Source: Minisyncoccota bacterium (GTDB lineage: Bacteria > Patescibacteriota > Minisyncoccia > 2-02-FULL-40-12 > GWA2-44-9). Taken from it: 33,774 nt of DNA. Under the pieces are notes generated by a model. It was not told where the DNA came from. It ran no database searches and saw only the letters and a program-made list of their open reading frames with translations. Each line of letters opens with the position of its first letter. Position 1 is the first letter of the stretch. Shown here one piece after another: positions 9,113 to 17,101 of the stretch. Location of the stretch: contig JBBDZW010000023.1 of assembly GCA_040899895.1 (NCBI GenBank), forward strand, positions 1 through 33,774. The letters are read 5' to 3'. The translations under genes and the position numbers were made by a program.

Positions 9113-10443
9113 CGCGCCCACCTGTCTTTTTTGAGAAATGTCTTAAGCGCAGGAAGGATGTGTTCGCGCGACTCTATCAAGACGCATAACAAGGGAAGTT
9201 CATCAGTAACCATTATCTCCATATCAGCGGACTGCTTCAGTTTAAGTTCTTTGAGAGAAAAATTTTCCTTAAAAACGTCCCACAGATCATTGGGTCGTCT
9301 TGGACGTGATGAATATCCTTCTTCCGGTTTTATTTCGCCGTAACCGACCATATTAACTCCTTTTGCCAGAAGTTTTCTAAGTTCTTCAACCGTTTTTCCC
9401 GTATCCCAGTCCTCGCCGTCGGAAAAGTGCCAGACGTATATGTTCCAGCTTTCCGGCGGATACTCCGATTCAATAAGTCCGTTTGCTTTTTCGTAAGCGG
9501 TGTAACAGGATGTGCCCCCGCTTTCCACGATTCCGAAAAAATCTTCTTCTGAAACAACTCTTGCAATAGTGTGGTGGGCGATAAATCTTATTTTAACTTG
9601 CTGATACTTGTTTTCCAAGAATCTTACCAACCACCAGAGCATTGAACTGGCAAGATACTTCTTAAGTTTTCCCATTGAACCGGAAACATCCATCATCGCT
9701 ATAATTACGGCCCGCGACTGCTCCTGAACATCTTCTTTTATCTTCCGATAGCGAAGATCTTCGTTTGTAAAGATAGGAAACGGCTCAACTTTATCCGATT
9801 GGGCACTGATTTGATCGTTGCGAATCAGTTCGAGCGCTTCGTCCAGAATTCCGCCGGACTGTTTCAGCGCCTTAAAGCATGTAAGCTCGTCTTGACTGGT
9901 TTCCGATTCAAGAAATCGCAAAAAACTCCAGAATCTTTTCATTCCTTCTTTGGCCGTGGCGCGACTGTCCAAAAGCGGCCAAATTCCCGATTTGCTTTTT
10001 CCCGCGATCTTCCAACCGAGCTCAATGGTTATGTTTTCAATCTCTTTTTCTTCAAGACGGGGAAGGCCCAAGTCCTCAAGCATCATCTCTATCAACTCTT
10101 CTATGGGGATTTCGGTTTCAATATAATCCTCGCCTGGCTCTTGGCCGGCTTCTCCCGGTTCGCCTCCGTTGGGAAGTTTCTTTTTACCGATAATATCGCC
10201 CATGCTACCGTCGCCCTGGCCCATGCCGGACGGCAACTCGTCGCCAGTACCGGGCTTGAAATGGGGGATATCTATGCTTCGAATCGGAATTTTGACGACC
10301 TTCCCTTTTCTTTGAGTAATGATTGACTCGTTTGAGATTATTTCCGGCAAGCGGTCTTTTATGGCTTCTTTTTGCTTTTCCCTGTGCCGGCGGGCATCCT
10401 TCCTGCCGCGTTCACCGGTAGACTCGGAAACAATGATTGGCAT
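9109..10443 (-). CDS. DUF444 family protein (YeaH/YhbH-like, vWA-like domain)
   Basis: The N-terminal basic region is RGRKDARRHREKQKEAIK. The vWA-like core is AVIIAMMDVSGSM...YVWHFSDGEDWD. The start is chosen at MPIIVSE (ATG 10443), which has a GGAGA RBS. Confidence 0.85.
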   Translation of the reverse strand: MPIIVSESTGERGRKDARRHREKQKEAIKDRLPEIISNESIITQRKGKVVKIPIRSIDIPHFKPGTGDELPSGMGQGDGSMGDIIGKKKLPNGGEPGEAGQEPGEDYIETEIPIEELIEMMLEDLGLPRLEEKEIENITIELGWKIAGKSKSGIWPLLDSRATAKEGMKRFWSFLRFLESETSQDELTCFKALKQSGGILDEALELIRNDQISAQSDKVEPFPIFTNEDLRYRKIKEDVQEQSRAVIIAMMDVSGSMGKLKKYLASSMLWWLVRFLENKYQQVKIRFIAHHTIARVVSEEDFFGIVESGGTSCYTAYEKANGLIESEYPPESWNIYVWHFSDGEDWDTGKTVEELRKLLAKGVNMVGYGEIKPEEGYSSRPRRPNDLWDVFKENFSLKELKLKQSADMEIMVTDELPLLCVLIESREHILPALKTFLKKDRWAR

Positions 10444-10484
10444 AATTTTCTCCTGATTGTGAAATTTCTGAGGCAAGAATAACA

Positions 10485-10511
10485 ACAAAAAAGACCCTCG
10501 TAAAGAGGGTC
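10485..10511 (-). terminator. Intrinsic terminator/attenuator between prkA and the DUF444 gene
   Basis: On the minus strand GACCCTC-TTTAC-GAGGGTC is followed by TTTTTTGTTGTT. It starts 9 nt after the prkA stop. Confidence 0.55.
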
Positions 10512-10519
10512 CATGGTAG

Positions 10520-12562
10520 CTACTCACTCAAAAATTCAGCCGTTTTTTCCACGACTTCCTTGGAGCATATCTCGCAGAAACCGGGGCCGTCCAATCTGGT
10601 TAGTTCGGAGAAAAGATCGTCAGCTCTTTTTCTTGCTTCACTGTCTTTTGGCTTATCACTGGCCAATATCAACGTGAGCGTGGCGCGGGAGTCGGCTAAT
10701 AGTTTTTCTTCTACAGCTCTGGCAAGGGGGGTATAGGTGTCGTAACCGAAGTTTGGATTTGAAGCCGCATACTCCAATATTTCGCCACGGAAAGTATCTG
10801 CTTCCGATTCGGCTATTGGAACGTGTTCTTCAATTGACCTCATCAGTTTATTGTCGGGCTCTTTCGGTCGCCCCGACAGATCTTCGCGGACAATGTCCAC
10901 GTGGCCACGGACGTGCTTTCTTTTCTGTTCCCGGTAAAATTTGACTTCCTTAACATAACGGTTGAAAAGCTCGCGGGCCAAGTCGATATAGGCTTTAAGA
11001 TATGCTTTACTGACGGATCTTATGCAGAATTCTTTGAATTCCGTAATCACACTTCCACCTTCGCCGGCGGAGAGAAGTTCTTTGAACCCCTTAATCTCCT
11101 CTGGACTGTAGCCCATTCTATGCTCAAACAGATCTCGCAGAGCCCTGATAACCGTAAGCGGCGTGAGACAGCCGTTGTTCTTTTTGACCAACGCAGTGTT
11201 AATAGCCGCCAGAACATCCCGCGAACTCAAGCCAAACATTCCTTCGCGCTTCATAATGTCGTCCGAGGCCTGGCCTTCTTCCAGAAGTTCTCTGACGTCG
11301 ATTGGCTTTTTGTCTTTATCCCTGATCTCCGTAATGGCGCGGTCGCCGTTGTATATCTTTGCCTTTGTCAGGACATCAACTCCCATTTGGGAAGAAGTAA
11401 GGCGAGTAAGAACCGCGAACAAAGCGGCAAGTTCCAGTGAACCCGGAGCAATGTGGCTCTTTGAGAGCCGGCCGAAATCGCTCTCTTGCTCAATCAGCTT
11501 TCTGTATATTTTCACCTCTTCCTGTATCTTTAGCGGATAAGGGAATTGCACGACGAATATTCTGTCATGCAGGGCTTCATTCTCTTGTTTTGTTGAGAAC
11601 TTTTTATATTCAGTCAGATTTGTGTGCCCAATAACCACCGTGTCAATATGGAGGTGGGGGAAATTTGAGCCCTGAACTTTTATTTCTTTTTCCTCGGCCA
11701 CGCTGATGAAGACCCAAAGGATTTTCTCGTCGGCTTTGATAAGTTCTCGACCCTCGCAAACGCCGCGGTTGGCTTTTTCAAGTTCGCCGGACAAAGAGTA
11801 AGCAAGGGGATGGTCAGGACCTTTTGTGGAAGAGATGGCGATATTCTCTCTGCCTACGAGTTCGGTGACGTCCTGAGATTTTTCATCTGACGGTTCAAAA
11901 GAACCAATGCCTCTGGTTCCCTGAATGGAGAAGGTAAATGTTTTTACCGGCACATCATACCACCGGATAACTCCGTCTGCTTCGGTGAATCCTTCTTTTA
12001 ACTTATGCCTGCAGACCGGGCAGAGATCGCCTTCAATTCGAACACCCAGTTCTTTCTCAAACTCTGTCCGCAAATGGCGGGGCAAAAGGTGAAGCGGCTC
12101 TTCCAGCATCGGACAGCCGTCAATGGTGAACACTTGTCTTGTGTCGTATCTCTCCAATGCCTTTTTCAGGATGTTCACAAAAGTGGACTTTCCACTGGCT
12201 GTTGGTCCAACTAAAAGAAGAACCTGCTTGCCGGTGGAAAGACGATTTGCTCCGGCTTTAAGATATTTGACTACCTGAAAGACCGGCTTGTCTACGCCGA
12301 AAAGACGTTCAGCAAAAAGATTATACTTGATCGAAACCGCCTCGCCGTCATCTAACGACCAGCGTTCGTCCGGAGGTATTTCTGTGGTTTTGTGACTCAG
12401 AACCACTTCCAGCAATCGCGCCGGAGAATTCTGGGCGATTGTCGGGTCTTTTTTCAACAGTTCAAGGTAGCCCTTGAAAATCAAGGTTTTTTCATCTTTC
12501 TTTTTCGCGCGCTTTCGTTCAGCGTCATTTTTAATGATGCCATTGAGGTCCATTGGTTCCAT
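10520..12562 (-). CDS. prkA: PrkA family serine protein kinase (YeaG-like AAA+ protein)
   Basis: Walker A LVGPTASGKST and the ~680-aa length fit the family, as does the conserved linkage to DUF444 and SpoVR genes. The start is chosen at MEPMDLNG (ATG 12562), which has an AGGGAG RBS. Confidence 0.9.
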   Translation of the reverse strand: MEPMDLNGIIKNDAERKRAKKKDEKTLIFKGYLELLKKDPTIAQNSPARLLEVVLSHKTTEIPPDERWSLDDGEAVSIKYNLFAERLFGVDKPVFQVVKYLKAGANRLSTGKQVLLLVGPTASGKSTFVNILKKALERYDTRQVFTIDGCPMLEEPLHLLPRHLRTEFEKELGVRIEGDLCPVCRHKLKEGFTEADGVIRWYDVPVKTFTFSIQGTRGIGSFEPSDEKSQDVTELVGRENIAISSTKGPDHPLAYSLSGELEKANRGVCEGRELIKADEKILWVFISVAEEKEIKVQGSNFPHLHIDTVVIGHTNLTEYKKFSTKQENEALHDRIFVVQFPYPLKIQEEVKIYRKLIEQESDFGRLSKSHIAPGSLELAALFAVLTRLTSSQMGVDVLTKAKIYNGDRAITEIRDKDKKPIDVRELLEEGQASDDIMKREGMFGLSSRDVLAAINTALVKKNNGCLTPLTVIRALRDLFEHRMGYSPEEIKGFKELLSAGEGGSVITEFKEFCIRSVSKAYLKAYIDLARELFNRYVKEVKFYREQKRKHVRGHVDIVREDLSGRPKEPDNKLMRSIEEHVPIAESEADTFRGEILEYAASNPNFGYDTYTPLARAVEEKLLADSRATLTLILASDKPKDSEARKRADDLFSELTRLDGPGFCEICSKEVVEKTAEFLSE

Positions 12563-12600
12563 AGAAGCGCTCCCTAAATTGGTAAAGTGCAATTTAGGCA

Positions 12601-12628
12601 ATTTTAAACGAATGGCTAAAACTGTCAA
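12601..12628 (-). promoter_or_regulatory. Candidate sigma70-type promoter of the prkA operon
   Basis: On the minus strand: TTGACA (12628-12623), a 16-nt spacer, then TAAAAT (12606-12601). It lies about 40 nt upstream of the prkA ATG. Confidence 0.4.
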
Positions 12629-12633
12629 ACAGA

Positions 12634-12664
12634 ACTAAAAATAAAAGGCCGATATTTAATCGGC
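12634..12664 (-). terminator. Candidate intrinsic terminator (minus strand) just downstream of the IR-bounded element
   Basis: On the minus strand GCCGAT-TAAAT-ATCGGC is followed by CTTTTATTTTT. Confidence 0.45.
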
Positions 12665-12667
12665 GCT

Positions 12668-12939
12668 AGGAGAGCAGGATTCGAACTACTCTTCACTTGA
12701 GCGGAGCCAATTTTGCTCATATTCAAGGCGTTGAGGAGCGATGCGTACTTAATGTACGTGAACGACGAACAACACAGAAGATGAGTAAAATTGGTTCGCC
12801 CTTCAGGGAAGTTCAAAAATGGCTGATTTCTTTGTTGCTCCTCCTCAATGTGGTTTAAACCACACTTTCGTCGTCACGCCGCGAAATCATCTCATTTTTG
12901 AACTTCTCAATTTGAAGATAGTTCGAATCCTGCTCTCCT
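12668..12939. repeat. 272-bp element bounded by a perfect 21-bp inverted repeat; candidate structured ncRNA or MITE-like element
   Basis: AGGAGAGCAGGATTCGAACTA (12668-12688) is the exact reverse complement of 12919-12939. Inside are two long hairpins: 12704-12720 with 12781-12797, and 12808-12821 with 12893-12906. An apical 14-nt palindrome, GTGGTTTAAACCAC, lies at 12850-12863. Confidence 0.5.
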
Positions 12940-13133
12940 TAATGCGGTTTTATGTCTTGAATGTCAAAAGAGGAAAAAGAACGGTTGCCTAAATTGATTA
13001 TTTCTTCGCAATTAACAACCATTAGCCCGTATACGACGGTTCCGTTTTTTAAATGTACATCAACAATGTGATAACCCATTCCTGATTCCGGCAATGCTAT
13101 CAGTTTGACTATCCATTTCTGGCTTAAACGCAT
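12939..13133 (-). CDS. Small hypothetical protein (64 aa)
   Basis: The ATG at 13133 is preceded by a GAGGGAAG RBS. The ORF reads MRLSQKWIVKLIALPESGMGYHIVDVHLKNG... I recognise no family. Confidence 0.45.
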   Translation of the reverse strand: MRLSQKWIVKLIALPESGMGYHIVDVHLKNGTVVYGLMVVNCEEIINLGNRSFSSFDIQDIKPH

Positions 13134-13225
13134 TCTTCCCTCGCAGTATCGTTGGTTAATTTTATTTATACCACACACGGTTTTTTATTGCAAAAATGCC
13201 CGAAACGGCGTAAGATTTATACATC

Positions 13226-14800
13226 TTGGAAAAAGATTATCTCCACATAGGGCGGGCTTCTGACGTTGAAGACCCTGTCCTTAGGCGCACTTATCGTTTA
13301 TTTGAAATTCTACCCGGATTTTTGGCGTGGGCAACATTGTTTTTGGTTGTTCTTCTATCGACCACAACACCAGTTTTTGCGGCGGTTTTCATAATCGCTT
13401 TTTCTGTCTACTGGCTCATAAAAACAATTTATTTGTCTCTCCATTTAAGAGTTTCTTTCAATAAACTTAAAAGTAACCTTAAAATCAACTGGCTTGAACG
13501 GCTGGAAAAATTTCAAACCGCGGATTACAAACTACGGAGCATCAAATCATGGCAAGATGTTTATCATTTGATATTTCTTCCGATGTATCAGGAAGATTAC
13601 TCAATAGTTTCGGGAACCCTGGAGGGTTTGATTAAAGCCAATTATCCTAAATCAAAAATGATAGTCGTGCTTTGCTGGGAAGAGAGGGGCGGAGCCCGGA
13701 CAGAAGAAATAGCCGGAGAAATTCAAAAAAATTACGGGAATAATTTTTTTGAATTCATTAGCATTAAACATCCGGACGGTTTGCCGGGAGAGATGAGTGG
13801 CAAGGGCTCAAACGTTTCTTATGGAGCAAGATTCATTAAAGATAACATCGTTGATTTGAGGGGGATTCCGTATGATCACATTCTGGTTTCCAATTTTGAC
13901 GTTGATACTGTTATTTCCCCGGAATATTTTGGAGTTTTGACGCATACTTTTCTTACGACAGACAAACCCCTGAAATCTTCGTACCAGCCGGTTCCCTTGT
14001 ATGTAAATAATATTTGGGAAGCTCCTTCAATCGCCAGAGTTGTCGCTTTTTCTGCGACATTTTGGCACACAATCAAACAGGAGAAGCATGAAACGGCTAC
14101 TACTTTTTCTTCCCATTCTATGCCGTGGCAGGCGTTAGTAGATGTTGGTTTTTGGCAGAAAAATATGGTTTCCGAGGACTCAAGAATATTTTGGCAATGT
14201 TTCCTGCGTTATGACGGCGATTACCGGGTCGTACCGCTTTATTATCCGGTCTCAATGGATGCGAATGTTGCCCCGACGGTTTGGAACACTCTGAAAAATA
14301 TATACAAACAGCAAAGACGGTGGGCTTATGGAGCGGAAAACATACCGTATTTTCTTTTTGGGTTTATGCGCAATAAAGCGATCCCACGATTTAAAAAATT
14401 ATATTTTGGTTTTGTTGCGGTTGAAGGAAATCATTCTTGGGCCACTAATGCCATAATCATCTTTGCTCTAGGCTGGTTGCCGGTCATTTTGGGCGGTTCA
14501 GAATTTAATCGTTCTGTTTTGTCATTTAACCTTCCGTATTTGGTCAGAATGATAATGACGCTTGCTATGTTTGGACTAATATCTTCTGCCGTTATATCAA
14601 TAATCCTTCTTCCGCCCCGACCGCCGAAATACGGTAAATTTAAATATTTCTGGATGGTGGCGCAATGGATTCTTTTTCCCATTACAACAATATTTTTAGG
14701 TTCTATCCCGGCATTGGACGCCCAAACCCGATTAATGCTGGGAAAGTATCTGGGTTTTTGGGTTACGCCTAAAAACAGAAAGATTACTCAAAATGGGTAA
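13226..14800 (+). CDS. Membrane-bound family 2 glycosyltransferase (processive, cellulose/chitin-synthase-like)
   Basis: DxD-like FDVDT, the SEDSRIF motif and the Q(Q)RRW motif (QQRRWAYG) are flanked by multiple TM helices. The only in-frame start near the ORF opening is TTG at 13226. Confidence 0.75.
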   Translation: MEKDYLHIGRASDVEDPVLRRTYRLFEILPGFLAWATLFLVVLLSTTTPVFAAVFIIAFSVYWLIKTIYLSLHLRVSFNKLKSNLKINWLERLEKFQTADYKLRSIKSWQDVYHLIFLPMYQEDYSIVSGTLEGLIKANYPKSKMIVVLCWEERGGARTEEIAGEIQKNYGNNFFEFISIKHPDGLPGEMSGKGSNVSYGARFIKDNIVDLRGIPYDHILVSNFDVDTVISPEYFGVLTHTFLTTDKPLKSSYQPVPLYVNNIWEAPSIARVVAFSATFWHTIKQEKHETATTFSSHSMPWQALVDVGFWQKNMVSEDSRIFWQCFLRYDGDYRVVPLYYPVSMDANVAPTVWNTLKNIYKQQRRWAYGAENIPYFLFGFMRNKAIPRFKKLYFGFVAVEGNHSWATNAIIIFALGWLPVILGGSEFNRSVLSFNLPYLVRMIMTLAMFGLISSAVISIILLPPRPPKYGKFKYFWMVAQWILFPITTIFLGSIPALDAQTRLMLGKYLGFWVTPKNRKITQNG

Positions 14801-16925
14801 GTTTTTGAAAATACTCCAGACGTTTTTTCAGTAAAGGATAGTTGTTGAGAGACGGATTTTCTTTTAGCAATAATCTGGCTTCTATTCTGGCTTTTTTTAT
14901 TAATTCAACATTAGACAGGGAAGCCATGGCTAGATCAGGGAGTCCTGATTGACCGGTGCCGAAAAATTCGCCCGGTCCGCGAATGGCCATATCTTTTTCG
15001 GCAAGGAGAAATCCGTCATCTATTGCAACCAGCGCCTTGAGGCGCTGGTTGCTTGTTTTTTCGGCGCCGGAGGTGAAAAGAAAACAGTAAGATTGATGCT
15101 TATCGCGTCCAATGCGTCCTCGGAACTGGTGGAGCTGGGCCAGACCAAAATGCTCTGCATTTTCAATCATCATAATGGTGGCATTTGGCACATCTACCCC
15201 GACTTCAATAACGGATGTGGAGACCAAAATATCTACGAGACCATCTTTAAATTGACTCATTATTTCCGTTTTTTCTTTTGATTTCATTCTTCCGTGAAGC
15301 ATTGAAACCTTTAGGTCGGGAAATATCAGTTCCGAAAGTTTTTTATATTCTTCTTGGACGGCTTTCATGTCGGCCCAAAGGAGTTTAGAGCTAAGGGTCA
15401 ATTGTCCAGAGCTTTTGTTCTTTGGCTCTTGGCTTGGCATTTCAATGCGGGGACAAATAACGAATACTTGTCTGCCGGATTTTACTTCAGAACGGATGGA
15501 TTGATAGGCTGCTTTTCGGCCTGATGGGGATATTATTTTTGTAATTATTTTCTGTCTGTTTTTAGGTTTTTCTTTTATGATGGAAATATCCAGGTCGCCA
15601 TATATTGTGAGAGCGAGAGTTCGGGGGATAGGCGTGGCCGTCATAGACAGAAGATGGGGTACTTGTTCGGCAGTTGCCGGATTGTTTTTGACTAATTTAG
15701 CGCGTTGGTTTACGCCAAAGCGATGTTGTTCGTCAATTATTACCAGGGCAAGTTTATCAAATTCAACATCTTTTTGAATGAGAGCATGAGTGCCGATTAT
15801 AATCTTTGCGTTGCCACAAGAGATCCTTCTTTTTATTTCACTTTTATTTCCCAGGCTGTAGTTGCTCCAAGCGGTTGAACCCGTTAATAGGGCAACTTCC
15901 AAATTGGTGTGAGCTACGAGTTTACGAATTGTTTCCATATGCTGATGGGCCAGAACTTCGGTTGGGGCCATGAACACCGTTTGATATCCCGCTTTTGCCG
16001 CTTGAATGGCGGCGATAACGGCAACAACGGTTTTTCCGGAACCGACATCTCCTTCCATGAGCCGATTCATCGGATAAGATTTTTCCAGATCTTTTAATAT
16101 TTCCCAGGCGGCTATTTTTTGATCTTTGGTCAATTCAAAAGGTAGTTTTTTTATAAAATCAGTGATTAAATCTTTATCAAACGGTATGGCCGGTGATTTG
16201 AGTTGGTTAATTTTTCGGCGTTCAAGCAGGGCTTTAATTTGGAATAATAGAAGATCATCAAAGGCAAGTCTTGTTTTTGCTTCTTCCGCTTCGGCGACGG
16301 TCAGGGGATAGTGAATTTTTTGGATAGCAGTCAGGAGGTTTGTTAAATTATTTCTTTTGCATACTTCAGTTGGCATATAGTCTTCCAGTTTCAACTGAGA
16401 CAAGAGGGGCTTAATAAGAAAGCGAAGATATTTGGAGGTTATGCCTTCGGTCTCGGGGTATATGGGAATAAGTCCTCCGGTATGGGTAAGATTTGTTTTT
16501 TTTATTCCAAAATCCAAATCATTTATTTTTTCATAGGTCGGGCTGGCAAGATAAAGACCATGCTTATCCAAGTTAACTTTTCCGGCTAAACTCACGAACG
16601 ATCCCTCCTGAAGAGAGTTCGCTACATAGGGCTGGTTGAACCAGACAGCATTTATCGCTCCGGATTCATCTTTAATAAACGCTTGGGTAATAAACATTCT
16701 TTTGGGGAAAAGTCTCTTGTTCACGATTTTCAATACTTCTCCTTGAACATTGAACTTTCCTCCGGCTTGGACATCGGCAATGGGAACTATGTTTGAATAA
16801 TCTTCATAACGGACAGGAAAATGCCAAAGCAAGTCTTTTATGGTTTTGATGCTTAGCTTACTCAATCGGGGCAGATTCTTTGACCCGACATTTTTCAGAT
16901 TTTCTATTGGCGAAAAGATGTCCAT
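14784..16925 (-). CDS. recG: ATP-dependent DNA helicase RecG
   Basis: An N-terminal wedge/OB region is present. Helicase motifs are GDVGSGKT, DEQHRFG, SMTATPIPRT and QLHQFRGRIGR. Confidence 0.95.
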   Translation of the reverse strand: MDIFSPIENLKNVGSKNLPRLSKLSIKTIKDLLWHFPVRYEDYSNIVPIADVQAGGKFNVQGEVLKIVNKRLFPKRMFITQAFIKDESGAINAVWFNQPYVANSLQEGSFVSLAGKVNLDKHGLYLASPTYEKINDLDFGIKKTNLTHTGGLIPIYPETEGITSKYLRFLIKPLLSQLKLEDYMPTEVCKRNNLTNLLTAIQKIHYPLTVAEAEEAKTRLAFDDLLLFQIKALLERRKINQLKSPAIPFDKDLITDFIKKLPFELTKDQKIAAWEILKDLEKSYPMNRLMEGDVGSGKTVVAVIAAIQAAKAGYQTVFMAPTEVLAHQHMETIRKLVAHTNLEVALLTGSTAWSNYSLGNKSEIKRRISCGNAKIIIGTHALIQKDVEFDKLALVIIDEQHRFGVNQRAKLVKNNPATAEQVPHLLSMTATPIPRTLALTIYGDLDISIIKEKPKNRQKIITKIISPSGRKAAYQSIRSEVKSGRQVFVICPRIEMPSQEPKNKSSGQLTLSSKLLWADMKAVQEEYKKLSELIFPDLKVSMLHGRMKSKEKTEIMSQFKDGLVDILVSTSVIEVGVDVPNATIMMIENAEHFGLAQLHQFRGRIGRDKHQSYCFLFTSGAEKTSNQRLKALVAIDDGFLLAEKDMAIRGPGEFFGTGQSGLPDLAMASLSNVELIKKARIEARLLLKENPSLNNYPLLKKRLEYFQKLTHFE

Positions 16926-16967
16926 TTCGGCAATATTTTAACATTCGCGCCAGGAAAGCGAAAGTTC

Positions 16968-17007
16968 ATAAACCAAACGGCTCACCCATGTGAGCCGTTT
17001 GGTTTAT
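16968..17007. terminator. Perfect 18-bp stem hairpin between tRNA-Arg and recG
   Basis: ATAAACCAAACGGCTCAC (16968-16985) pairs with GTGAGCCGTTTGGTTTAT (16990-17007) across loop CCAT. It lies immediately 3' of the minus-strand tRNA-Arg. Confidence 0.5.
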
Positions 17008-17011
17008 GTTT

Positions 17012-17086
17012 TGGTGCCCTCGAGAAGAATCGAACTTCTATTACGGGAACCGCAATCCCGTGTCCTATCCGTTGAACGACGAGGGC
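17012..17086 (-). tRNA. tRNA-Arg (anticodon GCG), CCA encoded
   Basis: The reverse complement folds as GCCCTCG-TC-GTTC-AACGGATA-GGAC-A-CGGGA-TTGCGGT-TCCCG-TAAT-AGAAG-TTCGATT-CTTCT-CGAGGGC-A-CCA. This is a full cloverleaf with A20 present. Confidence 0.85.
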
Positions 17087-17101
17087 TTAGGTTAGGCAAT
17101 G

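Noticed and set aside
7592-12577. Plus-strand ORFs antisense to spoVR, the DUF444 gene and prkA (for example 8750-9343, 9799-10326, 10901-11440, 11163-11540).
   Set aside because: They lie entirely inside strongly supported minus-strand genes. They have no recognisable motifs or RBS, and their composition is typical of antisense frames.
12668-12939. tmRNA (ssrA). The 5' GGAGAGCAGGATTCGAAC resembles the tmRNA 5' GGGG...GGATTCGAC, the 3' end has TTCGAATCC plus an acceptor-like GCTCTCC, and an AAC GAC GAA (N-D-E) string recalls the ANDE tag.
   Set aside because: The acceptor stem would have A3-U70 instead of the G3-U70 needed for alanylation. No T-stem can be formed. The two ends are fully complementary over 21 nt, unlike a tRNA-like domain. 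The N-D-E frame ends in ...HRR-stop rather than a hydrophobic ...AA tag. No CCA or proper discriminator context is present.
12668-12939. An intron-containing or split tRNA gene using the T-loop-like repeat.
   Set aside because: Neither copy has a complementary 5' T-stem strand, D-arm or anticodon arm within a tRNA-sized distance on either strand. Position 1-72 would be an A-U/U-A pair, with no upstream acceptor partner other than the repeat itself.
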